DNA from: Azolla caroliniana
Lineage: Eukaryota; Plantae; Polypodiophyta
Assembly (NCBI GenBank): GCA_043228905.1
Contig: JBHGNT010000008.1
Span: 19,530,001 to 19,594,000 of the forward strand
DNA: 64,000 bases
Direction: 5' to 3'
Position numbers and translations under genes: made by a program. Below, one piece after another: positions 1 through 13,300 of this stretch. The notes beneath the pieces are model-generated. The model was not told the origin of the DNA. It saw nothing but the letters and a program-made list of their open reading frames with translations, and made no database searches. The first letter of the stretch is position 1. Each line of letters begins with the position of its first letter.

Positions 1-99
1 AAAAAGTCCATTTGACATTTTTATTAGACTGCCATTTCAAATGTATATATATTAGTGGCATTGTCAACAGATGTGACAATGTTATGTTTAATTATTCAT

Positions 100-2190
100 A
101 GTGAAAATTCCACTTGCTTGGTTAAGGTGGTCTTTTATGCATGTAGGATAATAAGCTTTCAAGTAGCTAGCCAAAGCTATTGATTTATGATGTTATTAGA
201 CTTAAACAAAAGAGTTTGCACACTTTTCATCAGCTACCATTAACGCATTTATCATCAGCCATAATTAATGCTTTTTATGGGTTGTGTCAATGGACATAAT
301 CAATACCATCATTGCTGTCTAATAAAGATCAAGTCAAGTCACACCCTGTAGAATAATATGGCCATGAGATCTTTCATCCAGTATCTCAAGACTTTGAATA
401 ATAGATCTTAGTCTTCTATTTGCCAGAATGAGTGATATATTCTTTAGAGATCTTAAAACTGTGTTGATCTCTTTTGGACCACTTTGCTAAGTGCCAAACA
501 TCTAGTTAATTTTCTATTATAGAGAATGTGGATGTTAGCACAGATACATGAATCAAGAAGGTTTGAAAATGTATTGCTCTCATAAGCTTCTAGCAGTTTA
601 TTACAATTTCTCTTTTTAGATGTGTGTATGGTTGGGTTAAATCTATATGTTGGTCTAATTTGATACAATGGTTGTGGACAATTTACCGGATCTCCTCGTA
701 TGTATCAGGTTTAAATACTATAATGGCATAGCTCAGAACCATATGGAGTTTAAATCATCTTGAACTCTCTTGTTGCACACCCAAATTAGTTACATAAAAC
801 TACACAAGGGACACAAAATTTTTAGTTTGACTAATGTGTTCTTATTAAAATTGTGTACAAAACATTTGAATGAATAAGACCAATTTTAACCGAGGTGAAG
901 CAATGATTGAAAGTAGTGAGTAGAATAGAAATTGTATCATCCATGAAGAGGCCAAATTTGACCTATGGAATGAAATCAACATATCATCTTGTATGTGACT
1001 CCTTCCTAAGAAGGGAGGTTTTCATTGCATACCTTAGATATCTTCAAGTATCAATTTGGTTGCATTGATACTCAAACATATAATAACTATTCCAACCTAC
1101 TTGAAGTCAAGACTCATAGCATACATTCCACCTATTTACCAATGGAACATTAATACCAAAATATTTGAAACTTGGCACCACTTGCATTAGTTCTCCAATA
1201 ACTATTCCAACCCACTTGCAGTCAAGACTCATAGGCATAGATTCCACCTATTTATCAATGGAACATTAATTACCAAGATATTTGAAACTTGGCACCACTT
1301 GCATTAGTTCTTTGTATGTAAATGTGGGGTAGTGTCTTGGTTGTATTGCCTTTATTGCCACCATTTTTGTTTTGTCCGTGTTAATAGTTAGTCCACTAAT
1401 TTAATACAATGTGTCCAATACATTGAGTAAGTGTTGCATATCATCAAACAACATCAACGTCTAGGAGTATAAAAATAAGCTTATGCATCAATTTTGGACA
1501 ATCCAATCCTTCTTCAAGTTTATCAATGGATAAACCAAAGAACGTGGGAGAGAGATGGCACCATTGCTTAACCCCCATGTTGCTGAAAAAGTACTTCAAA
1601 CCATAGTATGAACCATGCATACATTCGCATCCGAGAAAGTTTTAATCATTCGAGTATGGTAAACACCCTCGAAGTATACTTTTGTATTCATTATTTATTA
1701 CAAGGTATTTTTTTTTTAAGGTAAGAAAGTTACGATAAAAAGTGAAAAAAAAACACAAGAATGTTTTGATAACATATGCATTCGTATGACAAAGAACGTT
1801 TGGCAATGCATTCCAGACTCCAGTATATTACGTACTAAGCTTCAAACCACTATCCATTTTCAATTAGCACGTAACTTGATCACACTATCATGTGATAGCT
1901 CCATATACTCATAATGGCATTCAAATCTGTATTATTCTTTTCCAAAGCTCACTCCTTTGTATGATGTCGAAGGACTTCTAAAGTCCAAAATATAGCGTTT
2001 TCCCTTTTAGACAACCTTCTTCCATGATAACTCTTATTGTAACCAAATGATCAATAGTTGAAACTTGAAACTTTTGCCTGCTTGACAAAGTGCTTGTTTG
2101 ACACAAAAGATCCAAATTCGAACTTAAAACTATTTGATTAGTTGGGCTGTTATAATACCCAGTTAGTCCTCGCATTTTCTTCAATTATTA
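100..2190 (-). mobile_element. Degenerate non-LTR retrotransposon (LINE, RTE-like) reverse transcriptase relics
   Basis: Minus-strand fragments such as STIDHLVTIRVIMEEGCLKGKTLY (1978-2184) and a decayed G..QGC.LSP-type region near 1540-1590 resemble LINE RT motifs. Many stops and frameshifts; boundaries approximate. Confidence 0.6.
1083..1311. repeat. ~114-bp tandem duplication inside the LINE relic
   Basis: 'aataactattccaacc...ttggcaccacttgcattagttct' occurs twice head to tail (about 1083-1196 and 1197-1311). Confidence 0.85.
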
Positions 2191-3699
2191 GACACTCTGT
2201 CATGACATGGTGAAGTAATTCTGACACTATGAGGTAAGGAACAACGAAATAATTCTGACATTTTGAGATAAGGTACAAAGAAGTAATTTATTCTTCGTAA
2301 GTTTGAATTTGTTTTGAAACATATGGTCTGGAAATGTATCTCCCCTCTTTGTGCCTTTCACATTCATCAAAAATTTAGAATGAGAACAATAAAAGCCATA
2401 TTGCATAATAACAATGTACATGAGCATGATAATTCTTACTATGAACAAGGGTAAACAGAGATTCAAATATACACATGGATGGAAACTCGAGATGATCTAT
2501 TAGTTTTTCCACACAACCAATCACTCTTTACATCGAAATGGCATACTATCACCTGCATCTCAACACTATTTTGAGCACCTTACATGAGATTTTATAAATG
2601 CTTTAATCAAACTACACATAAGACTAGGGAATTGAGAAAAAAAGTAAACCATACCATTGAAGGGGCTTGTACTTTTGGAATTCCTTCTTTGTTCTCTTGT
2701 TTGATCACCAAACACACACCAGTGAAGGTTACATGTTTATCTCATAAAATAACTCCCACCTTCCATAAGAGGGAGGATAGGGACATATTGTCTTCTCATA
2801 AATTCTTTGGGTTTCCAAATCTCATTACCTCCTCTCTTATTACCTTCAATGACATTAGCACATTATAATCACCATTACCTCTCTTATTAATTCATCATTA
2901 ACACGATTTGCCATTGTTCATCATTGTTAATGCTAATGCTGGTTCTGAGAGTCATCTCAGGCAACCTGAAAATGACAAAGGCTAAAATAAATATATTTGA
3001 ATTTGACAAAGCCATAGACAAATCATACCTACTCGTTCTCTTCAGTGAACGAAAATATAGCACAAGGATCAGTTTCCAAACATGCCTATCTATCTACCTC
3101 TTCATCTTCTTTTGAGCTGAATAAGAAGCAATGAAGTTAAAGACCTAACCCTACACTTAAGAACATTAAAACCAAGCGGAAAAAGGGTGGGCGGAAGGTA
3201 GAACTCACCCTAGCAAAAGAAGGTGAAATCTACAACTTAGGGAACATCAAGGCTGAACTAAAGAAAGATTGGGCTGAAGTAGTCAGAGAAGAAATAAAAT
3301 TAGAACTTGAAGCAAAATAATCTGGGCAGGTGGAGGTAGCTAAAGAACATACAAGCTCACAAGGCAGGCAAAAGACAGTTTACTGAGATGATCACGTTGT
3401 TATCAACGGCAAGGCCATCGAACAAAGACTCATAGCCTGTGAGACAACATAATCATAGCTACATACTGTAGTTCGGAATTGAAACAGAGCACTTTGGACC
3501 CACCCAGGAAGAATGGAAGAGGCCATGGCTGGACTTATCATAAGCAAGAGAGCCACTTGCCTAGCAACGCACTGGAAAACCAAAACCCCAATCAAGGATT
3601 CACAGCTATAGCATTCGTATGAAAAAAGCTTTTATGATGTCCTTCACCAACCCCTATAAGACAAGAGTTCCATTCCATTACCTCCACTTTATTCACCTT

Positions 3700-4800
3700 A
3701 TACAAGATTGAGGCAGTCATCCAGTGCCTTCAATGGGTGATGGTCTGACCGTACAGCACTACAAGGTGAACACCTTATGTATGTGGTAAGCTGACTTGCC
3801 CCTATCCTCATGCACATGTTCAATACACACTTGGTAGAGGGCCTTCCCAACAGATCAAACATAAACACAATTCTGCCTCATCATAAGTAAGGAGACCCCT
3901 TCCAACCAGGGAACTATTGACTCTCATGATTGGCCACACTTTCCAAACTGTATGGAACAGAGGTCAACACTTATCTTGAGGTCAAAGGGATATGAGCCCC
4001 AGGCCCAGCTTTAGGAGGCACTACTGTATGGAACGGAGGTCAACACTTATCTTGAGGTCAAAGGGATATGAGCCCCAGGCCCAGCTTTAGGAGGGCCTTC
4101 TATACTGATCATTTCCTTGCATCATGTTGGTTGGTGAACCAAGTACCGGCACAAAGAAACAAATGGATGGTTGTAGATTTCCGCACAAAGAACCACCCAC
4201 ACAATCAAAGTTCCTGATGATATGATGGGCAATATATGCAGCATACGAGCAAGTGTTGGGACAAGATAGGTGTCCAAGAGGGCTATTTGAAGTCATTACA
4301 AGTACCATCCATGAGAAACAAGGATGCCCACTCTCCCCTACACACTTCGAGGATGCTATGGATAGATAATCATTGAGGATAGAGAGGCACAAAGGATGAA
4401 GTGGCAAGATGATAAAATGTCAAAATCGAAATATTACATTGCAAATATAACCCCCAATGTTGGAACCAATACAAGGTAAAATTACCAGAACATATCCAAT
4501 CGCATCTCACAACCCCCATGAGCTCTAGCTCTTGGAGAGCCTTAAACTTCTTCAAACTCGCTCACAAAAAATAGGTGTTGAGGTACAATCATGGCATCAT
4601 AACCCAAATACGAAGATATGGAATGTATGCAATGAAAACCTAGTGAAGGATGATGATTCATATCACTTACTTATCAGATGCTCCGCATATCAGGTAATTA
4701 GACGGGCATGATAATGTAAGTGCATTACTCAAATTTCCACCTAGAAGGGCGAGCACACATTGTGTGTGCATTATTTTCACATTGAGAGTCTTTACGACAG
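3700..4800 (+). mobile_element. Degenerate LINE RT fragment
   Basis: Plus strand KQGCPLSPT at about 4317-4343, and 'ggagaccccttccaaccagggaactat' at about 3891 resembling the GD...NYR motif. Heavily disrupted. Confidence 0.65.
3947..4092. repeat. ~76-bp tandem duplication
   Basis: 'actgtatggaac.gaggtcaacacttatcttgaggtcaaagggatatgagccccaggcccagctttagga' present twice. Confidence 0.9.
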
Positions 4801-5276
4801 AGTAGTAAGCCCCCTTCTTAGGAAGGAGTCCCATACAGATGATAATGTTGATTTGGTCCCATAGGACACACTTTCCATGATTCTACCTGTTGAATTTACA
4901 GAGTCAATTTTGTTTAAAGCAGTAAATTAGGTGTGTTATGTGGAGGTCTCAGCCAATTATATAGATATAAGAAGGGATCGGATTTACCTATTATGCTACT
5001 AGCAGACGGGCTACTATCACTGCTACCTCCACCACTACTACCACCAAAGATATAGGTTATTACACATTTATAGTAGTGAGTACAACTTCCCAAAAAGACT
5101 TATTATTATACATTGGTTCTTTATTTGTAGTGTTCCCCGATTCTCCTAAGACCTGCACAAGCAATATTTTCCAGGCGAGACCGGTGCAAGCAGCATTTTC
5201 TGAGGAGACCTGCCTGCAATTCTACTCCTCTAGCAGAACCTGTTAATATTTTAACTGATTCCTAATAATTTAGCTC

Positions 5277-5335
5277 TATAACCAAAAACTCTGGTATCTC
5301 TGTAACCAAAAACTCTGGTATCTCTGTAACCAAAA
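5277..5335. repeat. 24-bp tandem repeat (~2.5 copies)
   Basis: 'taaccaaaaactctggtatctctg' repeated. Confidence 0.85.
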
Positions 5336-6794
5336 GACTTGGATCACACAAAAGGCGCCTTTTTCTATGAAGATGACCTACTAGAAGGATCACTTCCTGA
5401 ACTTCTCGATTCACGCAAAGACCAAGATATATGGATATGTCTACATGCCCCATACTGTTCTCAAATCAATAGGCGAACTCAGAATCTCCTCCCACCAGCT
5501 AGAGATTAAAACAGGATGAGCAATTCGCATGCATAATGAAGAAAGATTTTGTGATTAGGGAGGAATATTTTTGTGTACAAGTGCCCAGCATACAAGCACA
5601 TCAAAGAGAAGAAGCATGCCACCATCCATGCAGGCTTCACCACCATTCAGCAGATGATGAAGAAAGCTGACCCATGGCACTTTGGCCAAAGGTTTCTTGA
5701 GCTTTGAAAACACGGGGAATCAGCCCTTATATTACACACAGGATGCAACAGCAATCACATATCATTGACTTCTTCTTCATCCCACACCTCCACTGAGAAT
5801 GTGCTGAAGATTCATCATAGAACGAAAAGAGGAATGCTGATGACCATAGAGACTTACAAGTAGTACCAGGGTAAAAAGCACCAGAACCATACCATCACAA
5901 AAATTCGGAGGATCATTGCTTGCCATGTCTAAACCACCCGAGGACACTCAATTGCACTCAGTGAACTTCGTCATAGCCTCACTCCATTGTACCAACCAAC
6001 CTTTGATACAATGCTCTCTCACCACTACTTAACACATACCTATTCATTACGCACTTGACATTTCCACAATTATTTAACTGCATGCTTACGGTCATTATCA
6101 TGGATATTTAGGAAACCTTGATCTTTTATTTTTGTTTCAGAATGGATAACATGAATTCACCCTTATTTATAAACATGATTGGGTCATAGGTCAAATTTGA
6201 TCGATAGTGTAGGAAATCTAGAGCTTTTATTTCTGTTTCAGAATGGATATCATGAATTCACCCTTATATGTAATCATGATTTGTATCATACACCAATTTT
6301 GATCTCTAATTTTGTAATATCTTATTTGGTCTTATAGGCCATTTTGGCCTCTTAAAAGGCGTTAATATATCTTTCTTTCTTTCTTTCTCTCTCTCTCTCT
6401 CAATGTAATGGAATCCAAATTCAGAATTCATAAATATAAGGGCTCTTACATTCCCTCCTTAATCTGACATCCCCCCCTTATAGTTGAATCTGTAAGATTG
6501 GCTTTGTTTTATATTTGAACTATGTGGAATAATCTGAAACAAAAACATTTTGCAAGTGGCATAAAAGGAGATCCATATTTTCTCATTGATTCCATGCTGA
6601 CTACTAATCTGTTGTATAAATGCGTAATTCTGGACAGATTTCACACAAAATATTCCATACAGATTGACTACCATTAAAAACTTCAGAAGACAAATATGAA
6701 TGTGCGTGCAGGTATGTGTATTTGTATGTATGTATGTGTACATAGAACTTCATATGATAAATCAGGGGAAAAAAAAATCTACCATTTTGTTTTG

Positions 6795-7286
6795 TCACAA
6801 ATCAGGATCTGGCGAAGAATTAGACAAAGAAAAAGGGTGTTTAGGGACTTGGGCACTTTGCTTTTTGATAGCCTTCTCCACAGCTTGTTGGAGGGCATCT
6901 CTGCCGCCGACGAGAAGCCGAGCTATAATCTCAGGATCTTGTTCGAATCTCGCATCTTCGAATTCTTTCCTTGAACTAGCTCTCAACACATCTCTCCAAA
7001 GGACACCTTTCTCATTAGGCCACAAGAAGAATCGTGAGGCACGAAGGATATCTCTGTAGAGAGAGAGGGCTTCCCTTCTGGTACTTGTCAAGCGATGCCG
7101 CCGAGCTTCATCGTCATCATCGGGTTTCTTGCTGCGCCCAGAGACCACATGCTTGTCAAGCAGCTCTTCTAAATTGTCTGGTCCACTGTGAAGAGACAGA
7201 GGGCGCCTCTGATCTCTGATGATGATGATGGAACCAGAGTAGCCATGGATCCTTCTACAACAACAATATACTCTTACTCTGTTCAT
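6795..7286 (-). CDS. CIAF1: LYR-motif (Complex1_LYR) mitochondrial protein, complex I assembly factor CIAF1/EMB1793-like, intronless, 163 aa
   Basis: The ORF contains GPDNLEELLDKH...RLTSTRREALSLYRDILRASRFFLWPNEKGVLWRDVLRASSRKEFEDARFEQDPEIIARLLVGGRDA. I recognise this as the Arabidopsis At1g76060 family (LYR tripeptide, REF motif). The Arg-rich N-terminus fits a mitochondrial presequence. Confidence 0.88.
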   Translation of the reverse strand: MNRVRVYCCCRRIHGYSGSIIIIRDQRRPLSLHSGPDNLEELLDKHVVSGRSKKPDDDDEARRHRLTSTRREALSLYRDILRASRFFLWPNEKGVLWRDVLRASSRKEFEDARFEQDPEIIARLLVGGRDALQQAVEKAIKKQSAQVPKHPFSLSNSSPDPDL

Positions 7287-7338
7287 CTCATCTCTGTGCT
7301 ACCTATGATTGATTATCTCTGCACATATATCTTAAATA

Positions 7339-7445
7339 CCCCTGAGTTTTCCTTTATTCTATACAAGATGCCCCTGAGTTTTCCTTTATTCTATACAAGA
7401 TGCCCCTGAGTTTTCCTTTATTCTATACAAGATGCCCCTAAGTTT
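7339..7445. repeat. 32-bp tandem repeat (3 perfect copies plus partial) just upstream of the LYR gene
   Basis: Unit cccctgagttttcctttattctatacaagatg at 7339, 7371 and 7403. Confidence 0.95.
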
Positions 7446-7637
7446 CTCATTGTTTCCTTGAAACCACCCACCTATCAAGTCGTTGACCGATTTGTGTTGT
7501 ATGTGCACTATTCGATTCATTCCCTCCCCCTCCGCTCTCTCTAGGATTGATGATGATGGGAATTTCAGGGAGATACGGAAAAGGTTGGGGCCATTTCGGA
7601 GAAATCAAGAGAAGCTCAAGTATCTCAGAGATGACAG

Positions 7638-7806
7638 TTGTGTGTGTGCATGTATGTATATATGAATGTATGCATGTGTTTATGTGTATGTATGTGTATA
7701 TATGAATGTATGCATGTGTTTATGTGTGTGTATGTATGTATGTATATGTGTGTGTGTGTGTATGTGTATATACAAATGTATGCATGTGTTTATGTGTGTG
7801 TATGTA

Positions 7807-7863
<57 letters not shown>

Positions 7864-8137
7864 ATACAAATGTATGCATGTGTTTATGTGTGTGTATGTA
7901 TGTATATGTGTGTGTGTGTATGTATGTATGTGTGTGCGTGTGCGTGTGTGTGTACGTATGTGTATATATGAATGTATGCATGTGTTTATGTGTGTGTGTG
8001 TATGTATGTGTATATATGAATGTATGCATGTGTGAATGTATGTATGTATGTGTATGATTGCATGATTGTATGTATGTATGTATGTATGTATGTATGTATG
8101 TATGTATGTATGTATGTATGTATGTATGTACATGCAT
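7638..8137. repeat. Compound (TG)n/(TATG)n microsatellite
   Basis: Visible directly; it produces the spurious VCVC/HTHT ORFs. Confidence 0.97.
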
Positions 8138-10315
8138 GTGGAAAATTGAATATAGAACTCATTTACAACGCAATACATATATGTGTGCAAATATATCTAT
8201 CGATGCGTTCATATTTCGACCTTAAAAGACAAAGTTTGGAGTTGTTTACATGATATATTAACCAGAAGATCATGCTTTATTACTTTATATTTCCAATCAT
8301 AAATCTTTGTTGGGAAAAGCAAAACAGACTACACATCTCCAACAAAACTTTAAAAAACGATGAATTGTAAGCCTTTATGTGTGTGTATGTGTATGCATAT
8401 ATGCATGTAGCTACAAAGTAATGTCCATACATGTAAGTCTATATGTGTAAACATGTCTAAACAAAAATTGTATGCAATGTGTATGTATACACTTCAACAG
8501 AAATAAAGTCTATATGTGTGCAATTGGATATAAGCTTTGTTTATAGACATTGGCATATAACACTCAAAAGTTCCCTTCTTGGCATAAATTTTCTCTTTAT
8601 TCCAATGCACAATGCAAATTGTAGACATAAACAGCAAGGCTCACATTTTACTATATGTTACTCGACTAGCTTACAATCAGTCCAAATAAGTTTTGGAAAG
8701 GTTTATTTCAAATGTGCGTGGAGCAACACAGTTATAAGCTTTTCCTAATGGTCCATCAAACATTTGGAGTTGATGATTGTCATACAAAGGCACATTTAAC
8801 TTTCCAATCAATATTGTGAAATGCACATAAGAGATCAAAACCAGCCTAATTAGCTTCTACTTCTTACTCAATTTATAGTTGATACAAAGGTAACCCATTT
8901 GGGTTGGCTTAGCTAAAAAGGGTGGCACAAAGGAACACATGCACACCACAATTATTTTTTGTATCCTTCCACCAATGGATAACTGAAACCTTAAACTTCA
9001 TATTATATGATAAAATATGGAACAGACTTCACATAACAATTCCACATTTTCAGTTGAACAGGTAATTCAAAATTAAAGTTTGACAAGATAAACCACCAAA
9101 ATTTCCATTCCAATTTATAATATTAGCAATTATGATTGTTACAAGAGTTTTGACACAATCTCCATGAGATCCACCAACCTCCACCTTAAAAAAGCATGTG
9201 ATGTTTTGTCTTCTCTTTTGGCCTGCCCTATGTGCATGAGGCCTTACAAGCAATTTATTAGTTCGATATGTAATAGAAGCTGGTACAAAACAATCACATT
9301 AACCTCATCTTTGCCGAGGGTAGCCACTGAAACAGAACTTCAGGATGCTGAGAACTCTAGGAGGCAAGAGAAAAACCATAGCAAAAGCAGATTCAATGTT
9401 TGTAAATCATTAAGAGCAAGGGCAGACGTACACCAAAAGTAATTGCTCGAAAACACCATATATATTGATTATCTCTCAAATGGCATCAGTTAACATAATC
9501 CAATATCTGTTGTAGGCACCATAGCATTACTCATTCTATTGATTGATTATGTTCTCATTTGAATCGTCATATCAAAGCAAGGAGTCTCTTCGCTGGCTTC
9601 TTGCATTTCTTTCATCACTAATTCGCATGATGAATGCACTTCAACTATGTTTCCGAGGATTGAAAATTGCAGAGGTAGCAATAGTAGCTGTCCTCTCTCA
9701 CTGAAAAATCCCAAGGCTGTTAGCTTGAATAGCAGCATACTCCGAGGCTTGAAAAAAACGGCAGAAAATTTCCAATATCATATGCCAGAAAATTGGAAGA
9801 GGCTGAAATGGTTGGTCACTCTCACACCAGAAAGATGGTGATCAGCTTTGCTGATCTTACTGCCTTTAACTTGGGGTGAAAAGTCGGGCATATAATTCTC
9901 TACTTGTTTTAAGGCACACTCGGAGTCAAGAAAAATAGCTACCGATGATGCAGCTATTATATATAGTTTGGCTTTGACTTCTTTGTGGCCCTCAGGTAGT
10001 GTGGATCACCAGCTTAAAATATTTCTGAGAAAAACAATACTGCATCAGTATAATCGAGCTCAACCAGAAAAATAAAACCAGAAATCTATCAACTCATCAT
10101 ATATTATATGGAAAAACACCAAAAAACCTTTCTAATTGTTGGATACTTATCAAAATATACCCACAGTTCAAAATTTAGCACAACGGAATAGGCAATCTAG
10201 TTATTTTTGAAAACTTGGGGGTATTTTGGCAAATACCCAGCAAGTTAGCGGTATTTTGGTGCCCTAAATGGATTTTATAGCAATCACCTGCTTTGACAGC
10301 AACAAAGAGGGTTTA

Positions 10316-13300
10316 TCAATCCGGAACAACATACGGCAACGCATGGATACCAACTGACGGCAAATATACAACTTCAGCCCACACCTCCGGCACCTCACCT
10401 TCTTCTATGTTTTTCTTCTGATTCAATGGTTTACAAAGAGATAGCCATTCCTCATCATCAATTGCAGACCACACCTTCTCGGTGTTCGTAGCTTGTGCTT
10501 CTTGCCTTATTAATTCATCTTCAACTTGAGAAGTTGGTTTAATAGATACTAGATCATATGATGCAGTACTACCGTTACTTGCCGCCCTTGCTGGGGGTAT
10601 TAAGGAAAGATGATTACCCACTTTACCATCAGGTTCATTCCCCCTATGTGCAATCAGCAACCCATCTGGGAACACTGTATCTCTAGAAATATCAGTTTGT
10701 TTTCTTGGAATAGTGATGGTTTCATGTGCAGCCGCTGAAGTGGTTGTGTTTGCATCAGATGATGGCCTTCCATTTGTCGACCTAATCCCCTCATCAATGC
10801 CTCCATGTTGAGTTCTTTTTGATCGCTTGTCTTTATCTGACAAAGCACAAGCATCATAGACCCATCAAATGTTAAATAGGTGGGTAATGATGCAAAGCCT
10901 TCCTTTCTTTGGCTGATGTAGTTCTTGGAGAAGTGGAGGAACAAATATAATTTTTCCTTACCACGATGTGAGCTGTCACCATTTGTTTCATTGTCTCTCC
11001 TCCTCTTCTTCTTTTTGTCCTTTTTGTCCTTATCTTTGTGCTTGTGCTTATCTTTCTGCATTCTCTTACAATATTGCAAAAAGTTAGAACGCTTTGCATA
11101 TGTCAGTTGATGGTGAAAACTACTGAGATACTATTTGGGATACCTTGTAATTTTAAAAGACAGTCTAACACACAGAATTCAAAGTTTACAGTAAAAATAT
11201 CAACAAAACTTTGGCTTGAAATCTAAATCCTACATGATAACTAACCACAGATTTCAAGTTACATAAATGAAGAAAATATCAGTATCCAAGAACAACATTA
11301 GTGGACAATATAGGTGCAGTGAATATCATTAGCAAATGTCCATTGATTTGCACTGACTTGACACTCAGCAAGCAGTAAGTGTCAAATGAGCATATAGTAT
11401 TTCATCGTCGTAGCTCATTGTTCTATGACACTCCCACAAGTTCATATTTTGGTACACTCCCCCACAGAAGGCAGACACATGAGCAGACCTCCGATGGATA
11501 TCATCAGTAAGAGAACCTTTCATGTCAATACATCTAATCCTATTAACAACAGAACACTCGGCATAAAATTCTAAGTTCTAGTCACAGCAGAATTGGGATT
11601 ACCAGAACTGACTCCACATGGGATGAGTGAGCCTGTCTACGTATCTGAAGAGAGAGAAAGTGAGTGTGGAGGCGTCGTTTAATGACTAGAGAACCAAAGC
11701 CAACCAAATAACCCCAGAAGTTTCAGCATTATAATGATAATAAAAGATACAAGAATGATTAAATCGTGCCCCTATAAGAAGATAAAAGCATACAGACATC
11801 AGTATTTGCTAAATTAATTCTACAGAAGAAGTTAATCCAAATAAACTATTCAGAACACAAAAGATGTAAATCAAGTTTATCTGCACCTCAATAACAAGAA
11901 TGCAGCATGGTATCTGGAATAAGAAAATTACTCTTCACAAATGGAATCACACGTCAACATTCCTTTCAGTTTGAATACATTTTTAGTTTTCATATTCAGC
12001 TTTCCACACGAATATACTGCTTCTCACTTCCTTTAACAGTTGACAGATTTACATAGCATCACGATAAAAATGGAACCTCACTTTTTGTACTCTAACGCTG
12101 TCAAATGCCTAACTTTTATCCATTTTCTGCAGAGGGTCCAATTTTGCCTAAATAAACAACTCTCAAGCCAATATTGCCCTGTAAGCAAAACCTCAAGAGT
12201 TCAACTCTCACCCACATCCTCGGTTTCCAGAATGATCCCAAATTTAACCTGATGACACATCCAAAGCTTACACTGTTCAAGGCTTTATTTACATATACCC
12301 AAACACTGACAAGCATGCAAAGGATTTGTTTGGAAGCAATGATACAATTAGCAGGGATCAACAGAAACAGCTAGAACTTGCGAAACATTGGTCATTAAGA
12401 CGTAACAAGCCGTGATGCCGAAATCATCCATCACTCAAAATGTCAAAAGAAACACTGCTAGCGCATGCCCTGTCTTTGATGCAACAATTGCATATTAGAA
12501 TCAACACGGATCATAAACCTTCAGTGAATAACCCGATTTCATCTGCATAATGACTATGTCACCCATTACTAAAGAATACCAAAGGAAATATTTGCATGCC
12601 ATACAACACCTTTGATGCATACTTAACTAGGATAACAAACCATTAGTGATAAACTTAGCTACACATGAGTTTTCTTCTGCACTATCCATATCTATTTACA
12701 GAGTAATTCTCCACATAATACTAACTTTCACCATCAAACCACATTGCTGCAGTAAGTGGTCAATGAAAAAAAGCAGTGATCAAACAACAAGCTTTTCCAA
12801 AGTATCTGTTGCTATTTTTCACATAACATGCCACTATGATTAGCCTTTGATGATAACCTTAGCACTCATGATGGGCATTCCAGAATACCATTTCATATCT
12901 ACTTACATGCTATTATGCTGCTTAAAGGCATATTCTCACCATCAATGCATCACATGATAGTGAATCTGATATGCATTGCAGCAAAATGTCCAAAGCAATG
13001 ATACAGTCATGCAGTAATAAAAATGGTGAGAATTTATAAAGCATCAGTCTGCTTTATTCATCTCACAAGATACCGAGGCAATGTTGATATAGCATACCAC
13101 ATTCAAGATGCACTGGTCCAATAGATGGATATCACAGACCTCAACAAGAATGCAGTATAGTGACGATCAAAACCTTTGGTGATTGCCCTAGTTTATCTGT
13201 ATATGACCCTTCACTGGTCACAGTGCGCAAAGAAAACTCAAAAGCAACAATAACATGGTATACCACATCTGTACGTGGATGCAAAAAATGGGATATTAAA

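Noticed and set aside
5330-6030. Coding-like composition on the minus strand
   Set aside because: Stops in all frames I read and no motif I can identify; probably a decayed TE.
7339-7445. 32-bp repeats of CRISPR-like length
   Set aside because: Head-to-tail with no spacers, no cas genes, eukaryotic context.
7638-8253. Long VCVC/HTHT ORFs on both strands (also 15146-15555, 22936-23291)
   Set aside because: Translations of (TG)n, (TATG)n and (GA)n microsatellites, not genes.
9480-10290. Possible 3' UTR intron (donor after 10288) and downstream exon-like sequence
   Set aside because: Plausible but unsupported without transcripts; the donor is only 28 nt after the stop, so it would not be expected to trigger NMD.
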